Source of the DNA: Octopus sinensis
Taxonomy: Eukaryota
DNA length: 64,000 nt
Direction of reading: 5' to 3'
Assembly: GCF_006345805.1 (NCBI RefSeq)
Contig: NC_043002.1
Coordinates: 32,116,001-32,180,000, forward strand
The notes beneath the pieces were generated by a model, which worked only from the letters and a program-made list of their open reading frames with translations, did not search any database and was not told the DNA's origin. Positions 26,996 to 40,567 of this stretch are shown piece after piece (within the stretch, counting starts at the first letter, position 1; every line of letters begins with the position of its first letter). The position numbers and the translations under genes were made by a program.

Positions 26996-28287
26996 ATATT
27001 ACATACCGTCATACATACGTACATACATACATACATACATGCATACATAAAAACAAAGACACTCACATATATATACACGTTTATCACAAATGCTTATACG
27101 CCATGCACCCAACTTACATGCGTAATCTATAATGCATGCATTCACACTTATATATATGCTTGTGTATGTCGGTTTCGGTGGGGTGTCTGTGTGTCTGTAT
27201 GTATAGAAACACATATGTACATCTATGTGTGTATACTTGTAATATGCATACACCCCCGACACCCTACACACATATATATGCATGTATGTATGCATTTATG
27301 TATGGATATAGCGCACACAAACGCATACTCAGGCGGACCCACACACCGATACATACTCACATATGCAAATAGTAGAATTACAGAAGAAATTTTAATTATA
27401 CTATCTGAAGAATGTCCTTTGTATTCCGAAAAAAGTAATTTAATATTTTTGAGATGCACGTCATCATTAGTAGCCAAGACAGTCTAACATTAATAAACAA
27501 ATATATAAATAAATACATGAAGGAACAAATACATAAATAAATAGACAAATAAACAAAGAAATTATATCAATGAAATGGATGTGATTCTGACACTATTGCT
27601 GTTTGGCCAAACCAAAATAGCTAAAGATAAACACAATTCTCGAACTATGTTACATTGTGTCAAGCTAAGATATTTCGCAGGATAGCATTAAATTTTCGTA
27701 TGCTCTCTATTATCGGACCTGAATATCACAAAATTACACGTAAGCCAGCAACAACCGATGGAAATCTTTAGGCATTACCATCTAATTTTCCTTTCTTAAT
27801 AAAATATATAATTCATTAAATATATAATTTGCTTTCATTTCAACAGAAATCACAAACCGGATTTATGCAATTAAACTATATTTTTACTGGTCCCACCTTG
27901 AATAATGGTAATCTGCTAGATTAATAATTTGAACTCAGATATATGCGTGTGTGTGTGTGTGCGTGTGTGTGTGCGTGTGTGTATGTGTTCGTGTGTGTGT
28001 GTGTGTGTGTGTATACAACAAGGCCTCAAGGATGCACTATGTAAAAGCACATCTTTGAAGCAACTCTGAGGAAGTGCCTCTCCAATGTCTAAAATCGCAA
28101 ATATTACGTAATCTTACTTTTAAGATTTTCGCATAAACCGGCAATGCAAATGGAGATAATACGGAAATATTTGTAACTTATAATTAAAGATGTGTTAAAG
28201 AATTTTCTTTGTCTGCTTCTTCTTTTCATTAGATTATTTACTCTTTGCCAAACCATATGACTGTGAAACTTGGATTTTTTACACCAG

Positions 28288-28339
28288 AACTATTCCGGCT
28301 TCAGTTTGGATCCCGACAGTGTTGATAGCGCATATTCGG
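28288..28339 (+). CDS. Candidate penultimate exon of an unidentified host gene (NYSGFSLDPDSVDSAYS, ends in phase 1)
   Basis: Acceptor gattttttacaccag, donor G|gttaag. Phase-compatible with 34362. Confidence 0.45.
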
Positions 28340-28988
28340 GTTAAGTATATTATGAAAGATTTTTAAAACGATATCCACTATTTAATTAGCTATTTATTCA
28401 GCATTTATTTCAAAAACATTCTCACGAAAGATTTTAGAAAAAAAGTTTCAAGTTGTGGGTATCATATGTACGAACGCTTTCGTTATTCAAGTTTTCCAGC
28501 TCATATGCTCTGGGTAAATCCGTATGAAAGAAGTTTTCGGTAATAGTGTCGACTATTTCCGGTGTAGTTTCGGATTTAGAATTTTCGTCTTTTGTTTTGA
28601 AAAGAGCAATATTTTGAATATTTTGAATTTCTCACGCCTGTTATATTCAATTTGAATATGGAAATTAATAATAATAATAAAAGACAAACTGAAATTCGGT
28701 CATAATGGTAAAATGCAATGCTCGTTTTTGAGAAGAAATTGGACGTGATAAGATTATTTCTTTCTAATTTTTGAAATCAGCAGTTTAAGATTGTTCAATT
28801 TCACTCAATAAATGCGAAACAAATTTCTGATGGAGGACCTGTGATATCAGAGAGACACGAAAATTCGCCACACCAACGGCTAGGAGTTATACATACATAC
28901 ACACATGAAAGCAGGGAGAGAGGGAGAGTGAGAGAGAGAAAGAGAAATAGATAGGCAGATATACACACACATGCATACATACACATAC

Positions 28989-29027
<39 letters not shown>

Positions 29028-29032
<5 letters not shown>

Positions 29033-29600
29033 TTGCGTCGGAAATTAATTAGCACTTCTCAAATTTCTACATTTTCTTACATTTTCTTAATTTAATTAAC
29101 TTATTATCAGAACCGAACTCGTTTTTAATCAAAAATTTATGAAAACATATCCCAGCACACCACAGAATTGTTATTAATCGTGAAATTTAGTCAATATCTT
29201 GTTGCTCCTCCTTTGGCAGCAATGACAGCTGCTACGCGGGTCGGCATGCTGTCTATGAGTGCCTGCAGGTACTGTGCAGGGATAGCCCCTCATGCAGCAA
29301 GAAGTGCCCCAAACAGCTCGTGTCGATTCCTGTATTGCTGCACATTCAAATCCCTACCCAATCGACTCCAGAGGTTCTCAATAGGGTTCAGGTCAGGTGA
29401 CTGGCCAGCACGTACTCCTCGCCACCAAAGAGGTATCCCGTACTATCTCAACGTACTTGCTGCGTTGATGTTGCCTTCGACGGCATAGAGCCGCCCAACA
29501 CCACTGTAGCTGAACGCCCCTCACACCATCAGACCACCCCCACCATGCTTCATGGTGAGCAAATCAAGGGTGCTAATTAATTTCTGACGGTATGTTAGTG
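29028..29600 (-). mobile_element. Internally deleted Tc1 element with TIRs and TA target duplication
   Basis: TIRs ...cgtcggaaattaattagcac (to 29055) and gtgctaattaatttctgacg... (from 29570), flanked by TA. Minus strand SPDLNPIENLWSRL...AVIAAKGGATRY*. Confidence 0.9.
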
Positions 29601-29603
29601 TAT

Positions 29604-29641
<38 letters not shown>

Positions 29642-29686
29642 TAATATATATAATATATATATGCATCTCTCTCTCTATATTTATAT

Positions 29687-29915
29687 ATTTCTTTATTGCC
29701 CACAAGGGGTTAAACATAGAGGGGATAAACAAGGACAGACAAAGGGATTAAGTCGATTATATCGACCCCAGTGCGTAACTGGTACTTATTTAATCGACCC
29801 CGAAAGGATGAAAGGCAAAGTCGACCTCGGCGGAATTTGAACTCAGAACATAGTGGCAGACGAAATACCACTAATCATTTCGCCCGGCGTGCTAACGATT
29901 CTGCCAGCACGCCTT
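29687..29915 (-). mobile_element. tRNA-derived SINE, family A
   Basis: Highly similar to 2032-2264. Confidence 0.85.
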
Positions 29916-29934
29916 CATATGTATATATATACCC

Positions 29935-29967
<33 letters not shown>

Positions 29968-30051
29968 TATTAGAGACAAAACCACTATTTTGCAAAACAA
30001 ACAAGGAAAGACTAATCAATACATAAATTTTAATAAATAGTCAAAAAACCG

Positions 30052-30092
30052 CCACTACAATCGTTTTGTCTTGATCGACAATCTTCAGGTGG
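30052..30092 (-). ncRNA. Minimal type-I hammerhead motif with a damaged GAAA segment
   Basis: CCAC-CUGAAGA-UUGUC(GAUCAA)GAC-AAAAC-GAUU-GUA|GUGG. Two nucleotides shorter than the plus-strand arm and lacks G12. Confidence 0.55.
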
Positions 30093-30151
30093 ACTTCCAA
30101 TAATTCAGTGTCAATTATGAAATATATAATTTGACGCTGAATTATTGGAAG

Positions 30152-30194
30152 TCCCCTGAAGATTGTCGATCAAGACAAGAAACGATTGTAGTGG
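30152..30194 (+). ncRNA. Minimal type-I hammerhead ribozyme motif, canonical core
   Basis: CUGAAGA at 30156-30162, stem II UUGUC/GACAA, GAAA at 30179-30182, C-GAUU-G, GUA| at 30190. Stem I is weakened by a 1-nt loss. Confidence 0.75.
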
Positions 30195-30377
30195 CGGTTT
30201 TTTTGACTATTTATTAAAATTTTATGTATTGATTAAGTCTTTCCTTGTTTGTTTTGCAAAATAGTGGTTTTGTCTCTAATAATATTTATAATATTTTACT
30301 ATAAAATCGATTTAATCCTAAATCTGATTTTTTCCCTGTAAATTTGGATTTATTCCCTAATATTTATTATTTATATA

Positions 30378-30419
<42 letters not shown>

Positions 30420-30896
30420 TATATTATATATACATATATATATATATACATATATATATACCCATATATATATATATACAGATAATATATATTACCCATA
30501 ATATAGTATATATATATATATACATATATATACACACTTACAGTGTGTGTGTGTGTGTATGTATGTGTGAGCATGCGTAGAGAAGTAAGTCGTATATCGT
30601 ATAATATATCTTATCACAAAGACGCAAAAACACAGGCGACAGAAAGCGAGTTATTCTTAGTTTATTAGCTGTATCTATATTGAATCGTTGGAAAATGTTA
30701 CATATTCTAGCATAATGAGGGCAAAGGGACAAATAAACTTGACAGAAGTTTCTGGATAACGTAGTTTTTATCTTGTAAGTAGAGAATAATTTGAGGCATG
30801 TGTTGAGGGTCAATGCTTCTGAGCCATTATGCAAATCTTCTTGTATGAAATTCTTAAAGCTTTGGAAAGTACATACTATATATATATATACATATA

Positions 30897-30955
<59 letters not shown>

Positions 30956-30980
30956 TATACATATATATATATATATATAT

Positions 30981-31050
<70 letters not shown>

Positions 31051-31226
31051 TACGTATATTCTTCAAGTATGCATGTATGCTGTGTGTATGTGTATGTGTA
31101 TATATATATATGTATATAGGGAGAGAAATTAAAATATGTATATATGTGGGTGTGTATGCATAATGTATGCGTATGTGCTTGCATATATACATAGAAATTA
31201 TGCACACATATTCAGACAGACAGAAG

Positions 31227-31301
<75 letters not shown>

Positions 31302-31482
31302 GCACCATACCGTTCAAACCGCAAACTTAAGGTTGTTACTTTAAATATGCATTCACTCGTGTCCCAACTCACACACATGCACGTTTGTGCACGAACATAC
31401 TCATCGCGCTTGCTCTTTCTATTTCTCTGCTTATATAAAATTTTGTGTGTGTATGTGTGAGTTTTTATGTATGTATATGTAT

Positions 31483-31865
31483 AGGCACAGGTGTGACTGT
31501 GTGGTAAGAAGCTTGCTTCCCAATCACATGTTTCCGGGTTCAGTCCCACTACTTGGTACCTTGGGGAAGTGTCATCTACTGTAGCCTCTGGGCGACCAAA
31601 GCCTTGTGAGTGGATTTCGTAGACGGAAACTGGAAGAAACCCATCATGTGAGTATATGTATATGTATATATAATTATGTTTGTGTGTCTTTGTGTCTGTG
31701 TTTGCCCCCCCCCCCCACACACACACACACACCATCGCTTGACCACCGATGTTTTGTATTTTTCCGAATATTAGCGGTTCGGCAAAAGAGACCGATAGTA
31801 TAAGTATTATGCTTACAAATAATAAAGGCGGTACTCCAGCATGGCCACAGTCAAATGACTGAAAG
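31483..31865 (+). mobile_element. tRNA-derived SINE, family B
   Basis: tgtggtaagaagcttgc...gggttcagtccc...accttggggaagtg core, internal microsatellite and shared tail. Confidence 0.85.
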
Positions 31866-32069
31866 GTGTAATAGATTAATGAGAGTATATGTATATAATA
31901 TCTAATACGCACAGTATTTATATAAGAGGCCCTAAAACTTTCATGTCGTGGAAACTTGGTAACTCGGTAGATTTACATGATTTTCCTTGTGTCTCCATGC
32001 AATCGTTCAGTATCACTACTTATGGATAGTCCTATCTAAAAACTAGGGCGATGCTATATAAGAAAACAT

Positions 32070-32475
32070 GGCAAAGGAGTGGTTGTGTGGTAAGTAGCTT
32101 ACTAACCAACCACATGGTTCCGGGTTCAGTCCCACTGCGTGGCATCTTGGGCAAGTGTCTTCTGCTATAGCCCCGGGCCGACCAATGCCTTGTGAGTGGA
32201 TTTGGTAGACGGAAACTGAAAGAAGGCCGTCATATATATGTATATATATATATATGTGTGTGTGTGTATGCTTGTGTGTCTGTGTTTGTCCCCCTAGCAT
32301 TGCTTGACAACCGACGCTGGTGTGTTTACGTCCCCGTCACTTAGCGGTTCGGCAAAAGAGACCGATAGAATAAGTACTGGGCTTACAAAGAATAAGTCCC
32401 GGGGTCGATTTGCTCGACTAAAGGTGGTGCTCCAGCATGGCTGCAGTCAAATGACTGAAACAAGTAAAAGAGTAA
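32070..32475 (+). mobile_element. tRNA-derived SINE, family B, near full length
   Basis: A box tggttgtgtggt, B box ggttcagtccc, core cttgggcaagtgtcttc, internal (TA)(TG)n and tail. Confidence 0.9.
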
Positions 32476-34361
32476 ATGTAAAACGGGAAGAGTTTTGATG
32501 CAAAAAACGTAAGTGTGAGACAACGGGGCATTAAAAAATTATATTTCCTACAAACAAGGACATAACTTCATTATGTCTTTCTTTTCTTTTCCTTCTTTTT
32601 TCCATTTTCATTCATTCTTCGTCTTCTGCTTCCACTTTTTCCCTCAACATTCTTGTTTAATTTTCCTTGTGTTTTCTCATAGTCCAGCATATTGGTTTTC
32701 AAATGGAACTAAACATGTGTACTGATTCAGTACATTTTTGGTATTCCCTCTTATAACAGAACCGTAAACTATATATAATGTATGTACGTATGTATATTGC
32801 ATGTATGTATGTATGTATGTATGTATGCATGCATGTATGTATGTATGTATGTATGTATGTATGTATGTGTGTATGTATGTATGTGTGTATGTATCTATGT
32901 ATATAAGTATGTATGTATGTATGTAGATAATTTGGAGTGTGTGCGCCATGCATTTTTGTGATCGTGTGTGTGAACTATTTTATTGGCCTTTGTCTATGTG
33001 TATAATAATTACATCTGGGTTTATGATTGTATGATTTGACGTAGATTATATAATGCCCACTGTCTTCTTTTTTAAACATGGGACTTAAAACTATAATCTC
33101 ATCCAATCTAACTCATACTAACCAGCTATACTCTATCATAGACCTTTCCAAATAGTTCGTACTAGCCTTGTTGTAGACTTAACGGGTCACTACAGTACAT
33201 CTGCAAATATTTCAAATCGTCCGTGCTTTATCATTTAAAACTTCGTCAAAATTATCTCACTGTGAGTATGCAGTAGTGTGGAGTTATTTCAGACTCTGAA
33301 TGCAGTATGATCTGGTCTGGAAATCAGTGGAAAGCTTTGTGATATCGGGCGATATTGCTTGGTTTCGAGCGGGACGTGATTGAAGCATGATATCAAAACG
33401 TGTGTTCTTTTAATAGTTTTTGCACAATGCTATATTCTGAATTGTCTTCAGTGGGCATCAGGCGGTATGATGTGGCATTATTATTATATTAATATTTGCG
33501 AGAGTACAGCATAGCGTTATATGTATGATGCAGTACGGCATTAGACAGAGATTGTTGTACGGTGAAGTATGCAGCGAATTAACAAAGTCATTACATATGT
33601 GGATTGGATAGAATACTTCACTTGCTCCGGCATGGCCACAGTCAAATGACTGAAACAAATAAAAGAAAACAAAGAAAAGTATTTGTGCAGACTGTTTTTA
33701 ACTCTGAGTTCAATTCAACCGGTGAATTTACGTTTTTCATAGCTTCAGGTTGAGATAAAATGTGGAGCTGCCCAAGTCGGTAGGATGACAAAATTGTTAA
33801 AATATTGGACTACATAAATCCACTATATATTCTTATTATGTGCACTCAGGGTTCAAATTCTACCCAGTTGATGAAAAAAAGTAACAGATCTGTCAAGAGT
33901 TGCAACCGGCAGGTAATATCAACAATTTGAAAAACTAAAGGCAGCAGTGACCTTTGTTCGAATACCACCACCAGAACATAGCCTCAAACGCTAAACTATA
34001 ATATTGTATAGCATTAGATAGTAAATTGTAGTAGATTACATAATGAGTTAGTATGTTTACTTATTATTTTAAAGGCTTAGTATGCTGTTTTAGAGGTAGA
34101 GACATAAAGAGTTTACCTATATGGTGTTGCAGAATAAAGTGCAACAAAATTTTATGTTATGTAGTACATTAATGTATGATTGCTTGGCATGAATTCTGAG
34201 ATGTGTGGTAGTGTTGACTACAGACGTAGAAGTTATACAAAGCAGCTCCAATATATGCACACCTGGAACAATCCTTACGCTCTAAACTTTATTTCAATTG
34301 TATACGTAGCTACGTATGTTACGAAAATTTACTTTATCTTCTTTCATCATTCTGTTTCCAG

Positions 34362-34411
34362 TGACATCTGGTAGCGAACTGCAGGAGGAACACGAATATA
34401 TCACTGATTAA
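34362..34411 (+). CDS. Candidate last coding exon ((V)TSGSELQEEHEYITD*)
   Basis: Strong acceptor ctttcatcattctgtttccag, phase-1 start matching 28339, TAA at 34409-34411. Confidence 0.45.
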
Positions 34412-34619
34412 ATATACTTCAGTACCGCCTGTAAAGTTTTATACAAAAATATTATATAGTAGTTTTACGTATCTTCATGTGTGTATATATAAATACGTGT
34501 GTGTGTGTTTGTGTGTAGTGAATATATGCACACAAATACACTGAAACACACATGTACACCCCCCACGCATATATATATTCATACAATCAAATTTATTCGC
34601 GTAGATCTGTGCGTATATA

Positions 34620-34665
<46 letters not shown>

Positions 34666-34716
34666 ATATAATATATATATATATATTATATATATATATA
34701 ATATATACATATATAT

Positions 34717-34750
<34 letters not shown>

Positions 34751-35419
34751 AATATATACATATATATATATGTACTATACCTATGCACACACATAATTAC
34801 ACACACATATATGCGAACATATATGCATAAATTTGTGTGCACGTGTATGTCTGTGGGCACACATATATATGTATATCCAAGTAAATGTTAACAAACACAC
34901 ACGTATACATGCACACATACACAAACACGCACGTACATACACACACACATATACATATTCCCACACTAATTATATATATATATATAAACACACACGCACA
35001 CACACCCATACATATATTATATATATATATAACTAAAGCGGCTGAGTGCGCAACTCAGCACCTGTATGGCCAGAAATAAGAGTCAGAACAACTCATACCT
35101 ATGATAACGCACCGTCTTATTTACTGACAAGAGACGTAAGCTCCCTAAGCACCTGGCGTATCCAGATTACCAGTGATTTCGCGTTTACATTAACGTCGTC
35201 AGTGGCTCTCACCGGATCCTTGGGTTAAACTCAACTCCACCGTAGAAATCATACGCTGATTTCATAAACGGGAAAAGTGTTTTGACTCTTGTTTCTAGCA
35301 ATACTGGTTCTGAATAGCGTCCTGAGTCGCTTTACTGACGTATTTATTTTTGCCTTTTGGTTGGAAAAGTTGCTAAAAAGCCACCCTTTTTTATCTATAA
35401 TTTACACAAGCCGCCCCTA

Positions 35420-35731
35420 TTATCTATAATTTACACCCTTTAAAGTTCTATCATCTGCCCAGTGTTTTACATTCACTAAGTCCTGAAGCCCTTTATCATT
35501 TGCAAACACAAGTGATCTGTCTACATCAGTTTCACCACTATCAAACTGCAAGAAAAGTTCGCCACTTTCAAAGAACTTGCATTCATCTGGTATCTCACAA
35601 CAAAATTGCCTCTGAGGGAATGGAGGGGCACTTACTTTTATTTGACACCAGTTCCTTATAGTGCAACATACACGCGAAAAGGAAGTCGTGTGAGCCATTT
35701 CATATTCATCAAACTTTTCAAAAGCAGTCAC
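35420..35731 (-). mobile_element. MULE/Mutator-like transposase remnant
   Basis: FLQFDSGETDVDRSLVFANDKGLQDLVNVKHWADDRTLK resembles the FL-DSG...RILIF...W-DGTFK start of the MULE domain. Confidence 0.7.
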
Positions 35732-36529
35732 AATTAATGAAAGAAAAATTCCTGGGAAGCAGCTGCTTGTGCTTTTAGGTTCGTTAAAGTTTTGCTAACT
35801 TTGGGTTTCCAAGCACACGAATGTGCTTAATTATGGTATAATCTTCATTGTGTGTAATGGTGTGGAATCCAGCTTTACGGAATTGATTTTCGCATTTCCA
35901 GTAATTCTTAGATCAATCGGCATTTTGTTTCTGTGCTTCAGATATGAAATTCATATCATTCCCAAGTTTCTTCCTTCTGTTAAATACGTGAAGCATGGTG
36001 TATGTATAGTTCCTTTTTAAGTAACTTTTATATCCTTGTAAGGTAGATAAATAATTTAACGAAGTATTTACACGAATGCATGAGGCTTGTTAAACGAGGT
36101 TACACGGCTCAAGAGTGAACTGTGATGCTTACCAAACTGTGATGCTTACCACAGTGAACTGTAATGCTCACCAACCAACTCCTGATAACTCGGCAGTTCT
36201 TTATTCATAACAAATATGACACTCCACTTTTAATTATATTGGGGTGGTCGGAATTCTTTTACAACAGTAACGAATGAGGCAGGGATGGATCACGAGTAAA
36301 CCTGTAAACTCTTTAAACAAAACACTTGCATTATCCAATGGTTGAAACTTCCGTTTGTGAAACCGAGGGCATTTCTTTTTACAGAACTTCACGTTCTGAG
36401 CTGATATCAATTTTGCATTTCAATATTCAGGCGTCAAGAGTTGACTAACCCACTTGCTCAAAGTTGTTGGCTTTGTGCCTAAATAAGAAATCGTGATAAT
36501 AATAATAATAACAACAACAACAACAACAA

Positions 36530-39500
36530 TTTTAATTATTATTTCATTTATTAGCCACTAGGGCCGACATATAGGGGGTGATACAGTAGACATGGACTGT
36601 GAGGATTTTACACAAACAACGAGTACACAAAAGAATAACAATGATATCCAACAAAAGAATATAACAATGGAAGTTCCCTGGAGTTGGCTCAGGTACCCCA
36701 CCAATCCTGAACTATTCGACGCTTTGAGGATATCTGGGAAGAGTACCCTTCTTTCTCTCAAATTCACTAGCCTACAGGTGCATTATTAGAGTAGGTTCAC
36801 TCACACGTGCCATTTTCGCTACCTTCACCCACATTTTAACAAATGTACTGGGAAGCAGCACTTCTCTCCCCACCCTCATCTTCCTTTCCAAATCAGATTT
36901 GAAAAAGTTGATGAATGATCGGCCGAAGAGAAAAGTATCTGTCTTCAGTCCTTTCAACCTCTTTCGCTACTGTTATCAGACAGAGGAATATTGCCTGCCC
37001 TTCCGGACCGATGGAAAGCGGCGGATCGATCTTCACGATGGACTCGGTCGATAGCCGGATCTGTCCTACACGTGATAACAGCTGTTCAACATAACTCCAC
37101 AAGTCAGCAATGCAAGGACACTGGACGAGTGCGTGCAGAACGGTATCGTCGCTCTGCGCATCTCTGGCTGCTTTTCCGTGCCTGTAGAGTTTCTCTCGAA
37201 CCGGCAGTGCCCACCCAGTAGCACTGACAAGCAAGAGATTTCTGGAAGATGTCCATCGTCCCCGGTTCGAAAGTCCTCCTGAACAGACTGGTTAGTTCGA
37301 TTTCGTCAACACCTAGCGTCTCTCCAAGTGCGTCATCGCTCCACTAACCCTCTATAGAACTCAAGAGTGGATGTTCCACTGATCGCATTGCCTGCCTGGT
37401 AGAGGACAGTGAGTGCCTGGCAATATTCCAGATGCCAGTCACCCTTCCTCGGTCTCTTCTTGATCAAGAACTGCGGCTTAGTCAAGAAGACGAGTTGTGG
37501 AAAAGCCTGTTTGACAAACACAGCTGTTGACCGTTTAGGAAGAATATCTAGAGATGCCGCATCATTAGCCATGGCATACCCAGCCCTCCGCATTGAGGGT
37601 ATTGGCAACAGATTGATCGCCTCACCAATGGAACCTGTCCCCTCCACAGGAATTTGAAGAGGTGGCGTTTTAACTTGGCGAGGTACGATCGAGGACAAGA
37701 CACGACGGTCAAGCGGTAGTAGATGACGGACACAATGTGCGCATTCGCCACCTCTGTTCGACCTTTCAGTGATAGCTTCCTCCTTGCCCTGGCTACCCTG
37801 CTCGTCACCTCGTCCCAGTTCTTATCCACTTAGAGGTCTGGCTTGAACCAAACCCCAGCAACTTTACCGGTCCGTCCGCCCAAAGACGCAGTTGGACGGC
37901 ATGGACTTGCCTCTCCAGGTGCCGAGTTGCAACCCCACCGACTTTTCCAGGTTAGGGTTTGCTCCCGTCAAGTTTTCATATTCCTCCAATGATGTGCCGA
38001 CCACCTCGATTTTTGAGGTGCCCGATACCATTACGGTGATGTCCACATACGCCAACACAGCTCACCTGCGTCCCGGTTCGAGCGGAATGCCCTACATCAG
38101 CTCCAGTTTCCGCAGTAAAGGCTCAAGAGTCAATACGTACAGAAGGGAGGTGAGAGGGCACCCTTGACGGACCGATCGGAAGGTCGGTGTCTGCCGTTTT
38201 ATATGTTTGTGTAAGTGTCTGTTCCTGTTTAGATTGTTTGCATTTGGGGGATACTGGTGATAGACATTGTGCTGGTTGTGATTTTGTTGGTTTTTTGTGG
38301 GAGGTGCTTGCGTGGGTGGTGTTTGTATTTTTTATTGTGGTGCTGCTTGGCTTTGTGGAGTTTTTCTTTTTTGCTTTTGACCCTTTCGATTTTACTTCAT
38401 TTTCACTACTGGAAGATGAAGGGTCTGATGCTGTCTGTGTCTGTGTGTGTGTTTATAATCTTGTTTATGTGTGTATTTTTGTTTGGTGTGAGTGGGTGGG
38501 AGGGCTTTACTTGTTTCCTCCTGGCGTGGTTAATGTCTTTGGTGTTGATGCTGGTGATTTTGCCGGTGCTGGTGATGTTTGTGGTTCTCGTCCCGGCGTA
38601 GGCAGCAGTGGAGGCCGTAGGCGGCAGAGAGCAGCCAAATGAGTTGTTTCTCCACACCTGAAACAATGAGGCCTTTTGTCCACAGTCATGATATGTATCA
38701 CCGTTCCGTTCTGGAAACAGATATAGTCTGGGATATTTAGATGTTTTCGGGTCTGATCTGGAGAAGTATCTCCAGGTCAACCTCTGACCATTCCTCCTTG
38801 GTAGTTCTTGTCGCCTCTATAGGGACAGTATCCGTCCCTCCAAGATTATGTATCTCAGAAGCCACCAAATATCTAGTCATAGGGGGATTTTAAGAATGCG
38901 AAACCGGGCTGTACGTTTCCCCGTGTGGGAGAGGTACATGATGACTTTGCTGATTTTGCAGGGGGCCCTTGAATGTTTCACAGCGAGGGATTCTGATTTA
39001 AACAGCTCCTAAATGGCGCCGTACTGCTTGCCCCTCGTTATGAATTCGATGTCATCTGTTATACACCTCAGTACCGTCTCAATATCTACTTGGACTATCA
39101 AAGCCGCTCTGTTTGCGTCTGCTGAGATGCATCTGAAAAGCACCGTTCTTCTCTCCATTGCTTCAATTGCCTCTGATGGATTCATGAGATTTGCCCAATT
39201 GTTCTCTTGTTTAATTAGCTTCCATGCTGCTGGGTGCATCTGCTCCCTATTTGTGAGGTCTACGGTATATAGGTGCTTGGTCTTGGCTGCTGCCGTTACA
39301 AAACTAATTTTGATATTTTTATTTGCATTGCTTTCGTTATTGTTTTTGTTGTTATCACTGATGGCGCTGCTGCTGCTACTGCTGCTGCCGTTGTTGTTGT
39401 CCTTATCGATGTTGCTGGTATTTGTTTTGTTGTTGTTGCTGTTGTCACTTTTGCTCTTGTTGTTATTGTTGTCGCTATTGCTACTGCCGCTGCTGTTGCT

Positions 39501-39990
39501 TTCTTTTTCGTGGTTGTTGCTGCTCTCACTACAACTAGTGCTGCGGCTGTTGCTGAAGTTATTTCTACCGCTGTTAGTGTTTCTGCTACTATTGTTACTT
39601 TTCGTTGTACTTTGTAACATGTCAGTCTTGTTCATCTCCTTCTCCCCTTCCTCCGTATTATTTCCCGTAACAGAGGGAAGTGGGGGGAAGGCTTCATCTA
39701 TTACCATATTGGAACGAGAGTTTGCTTTTTCTTTCCTCAACTTTTTGAAGACGCGTTCCGCCATCTTGTTAAGTTGTATTGACTTCATTAAATTTTAACG
39801 CCCACCGAATTTATTTGGTGGGTCGAAAATCGTCCCTCTGGGGGCTGCGCAACCATAAAAAATCAGTAATAGGTTCTTGATGCTTCTATTTACAACCTGG
39901 AATAAAATAATTATTGCAAAAAGACCCCAAACTTAGTGTAAATAAATATTTTGAAACGAACTTACGTGGAGCGTTCGAAAACACGTCCGA
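36530..39990 (-). mobile_element. Tx1/L1-like LINE with ORF1 (zinc knuckle) and partly deleted ORF2
   Basis: ORF1 pieces at 39009-39788 and CFRCGETTHLAALC (CX2CX4HX4C) near 38640-38680. RT motifs RSVRQGCPLTSLLYVLTLEPLLRKL and YVDITVMVS. Endonuclease and RT N-terminus are missing. The 5' boundary is approximate. Confidence 0.85.
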
Positions 39991-40007
39991 TTAGTTTCAC
40001 AGCAAAT

Positions 40008-40039
<32 letters not shown>

Positions 40040-40071
40040 AATAATAATAATTATTATTATTGTTGTTGTTG

Positions 40072-40128
<57 letters not shown>

Positions 40129-40146
40129 TATTATTATTATTATTAT
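40008..40146. repeat. Mirror-ordered compound microsatellite (AAC)n(AAT)n|(ATT)n(GTT)n(ATT)n
   Basis: Read directly. Inversion centre near 40050. Confidence 0.95.
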
Positions 40147-40298
40147 TCAGTAGTCTTATATTTACCATGTGTTTCACTGCACTGCCAAGCGCAGCTCTGT
40201 GTGCCTCGGGTATGTGCTGTGATTTGCTGTGATGCTCTTATGGTTATTGTATGGAAAGTAGTAGTAGGAGGAGGAGGACTTCACCCTTATATATGTAA

Positions 40299-40535
40299 CT
40301 CTTTACTCTTTTACTTGTTTCAGTCATTTGACTGTGGCCATACTGGAGTATCGCCTTTAGTCGAACAAATCGACCCCAGGACTTATTTTTGTAAGTTTAG
40401 TACTTATTCTATCGGTCACTTTTGCCGAACCGCTAAGTTACGGGGACGTAAACACACCAGCATCGGTTGTCAAGCGATGTTGGGGGGACAAACACAGACA
40501 CACCAAACACATACTCACATGTATATATATATATC

Positions 40536-40567
<32 letters not shown>

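Larger units (their letters stand above)
29962..30286. mobile_element. Near-perfect palindrome with arms of about 150 bp (inverted Penelope-type terminal repeats)
   Basis: Arms 29962-30114 and 30131-30286 are reverse complements with few mismatches. Each arm holds a hammerhead motif. Confidence 0.8.
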
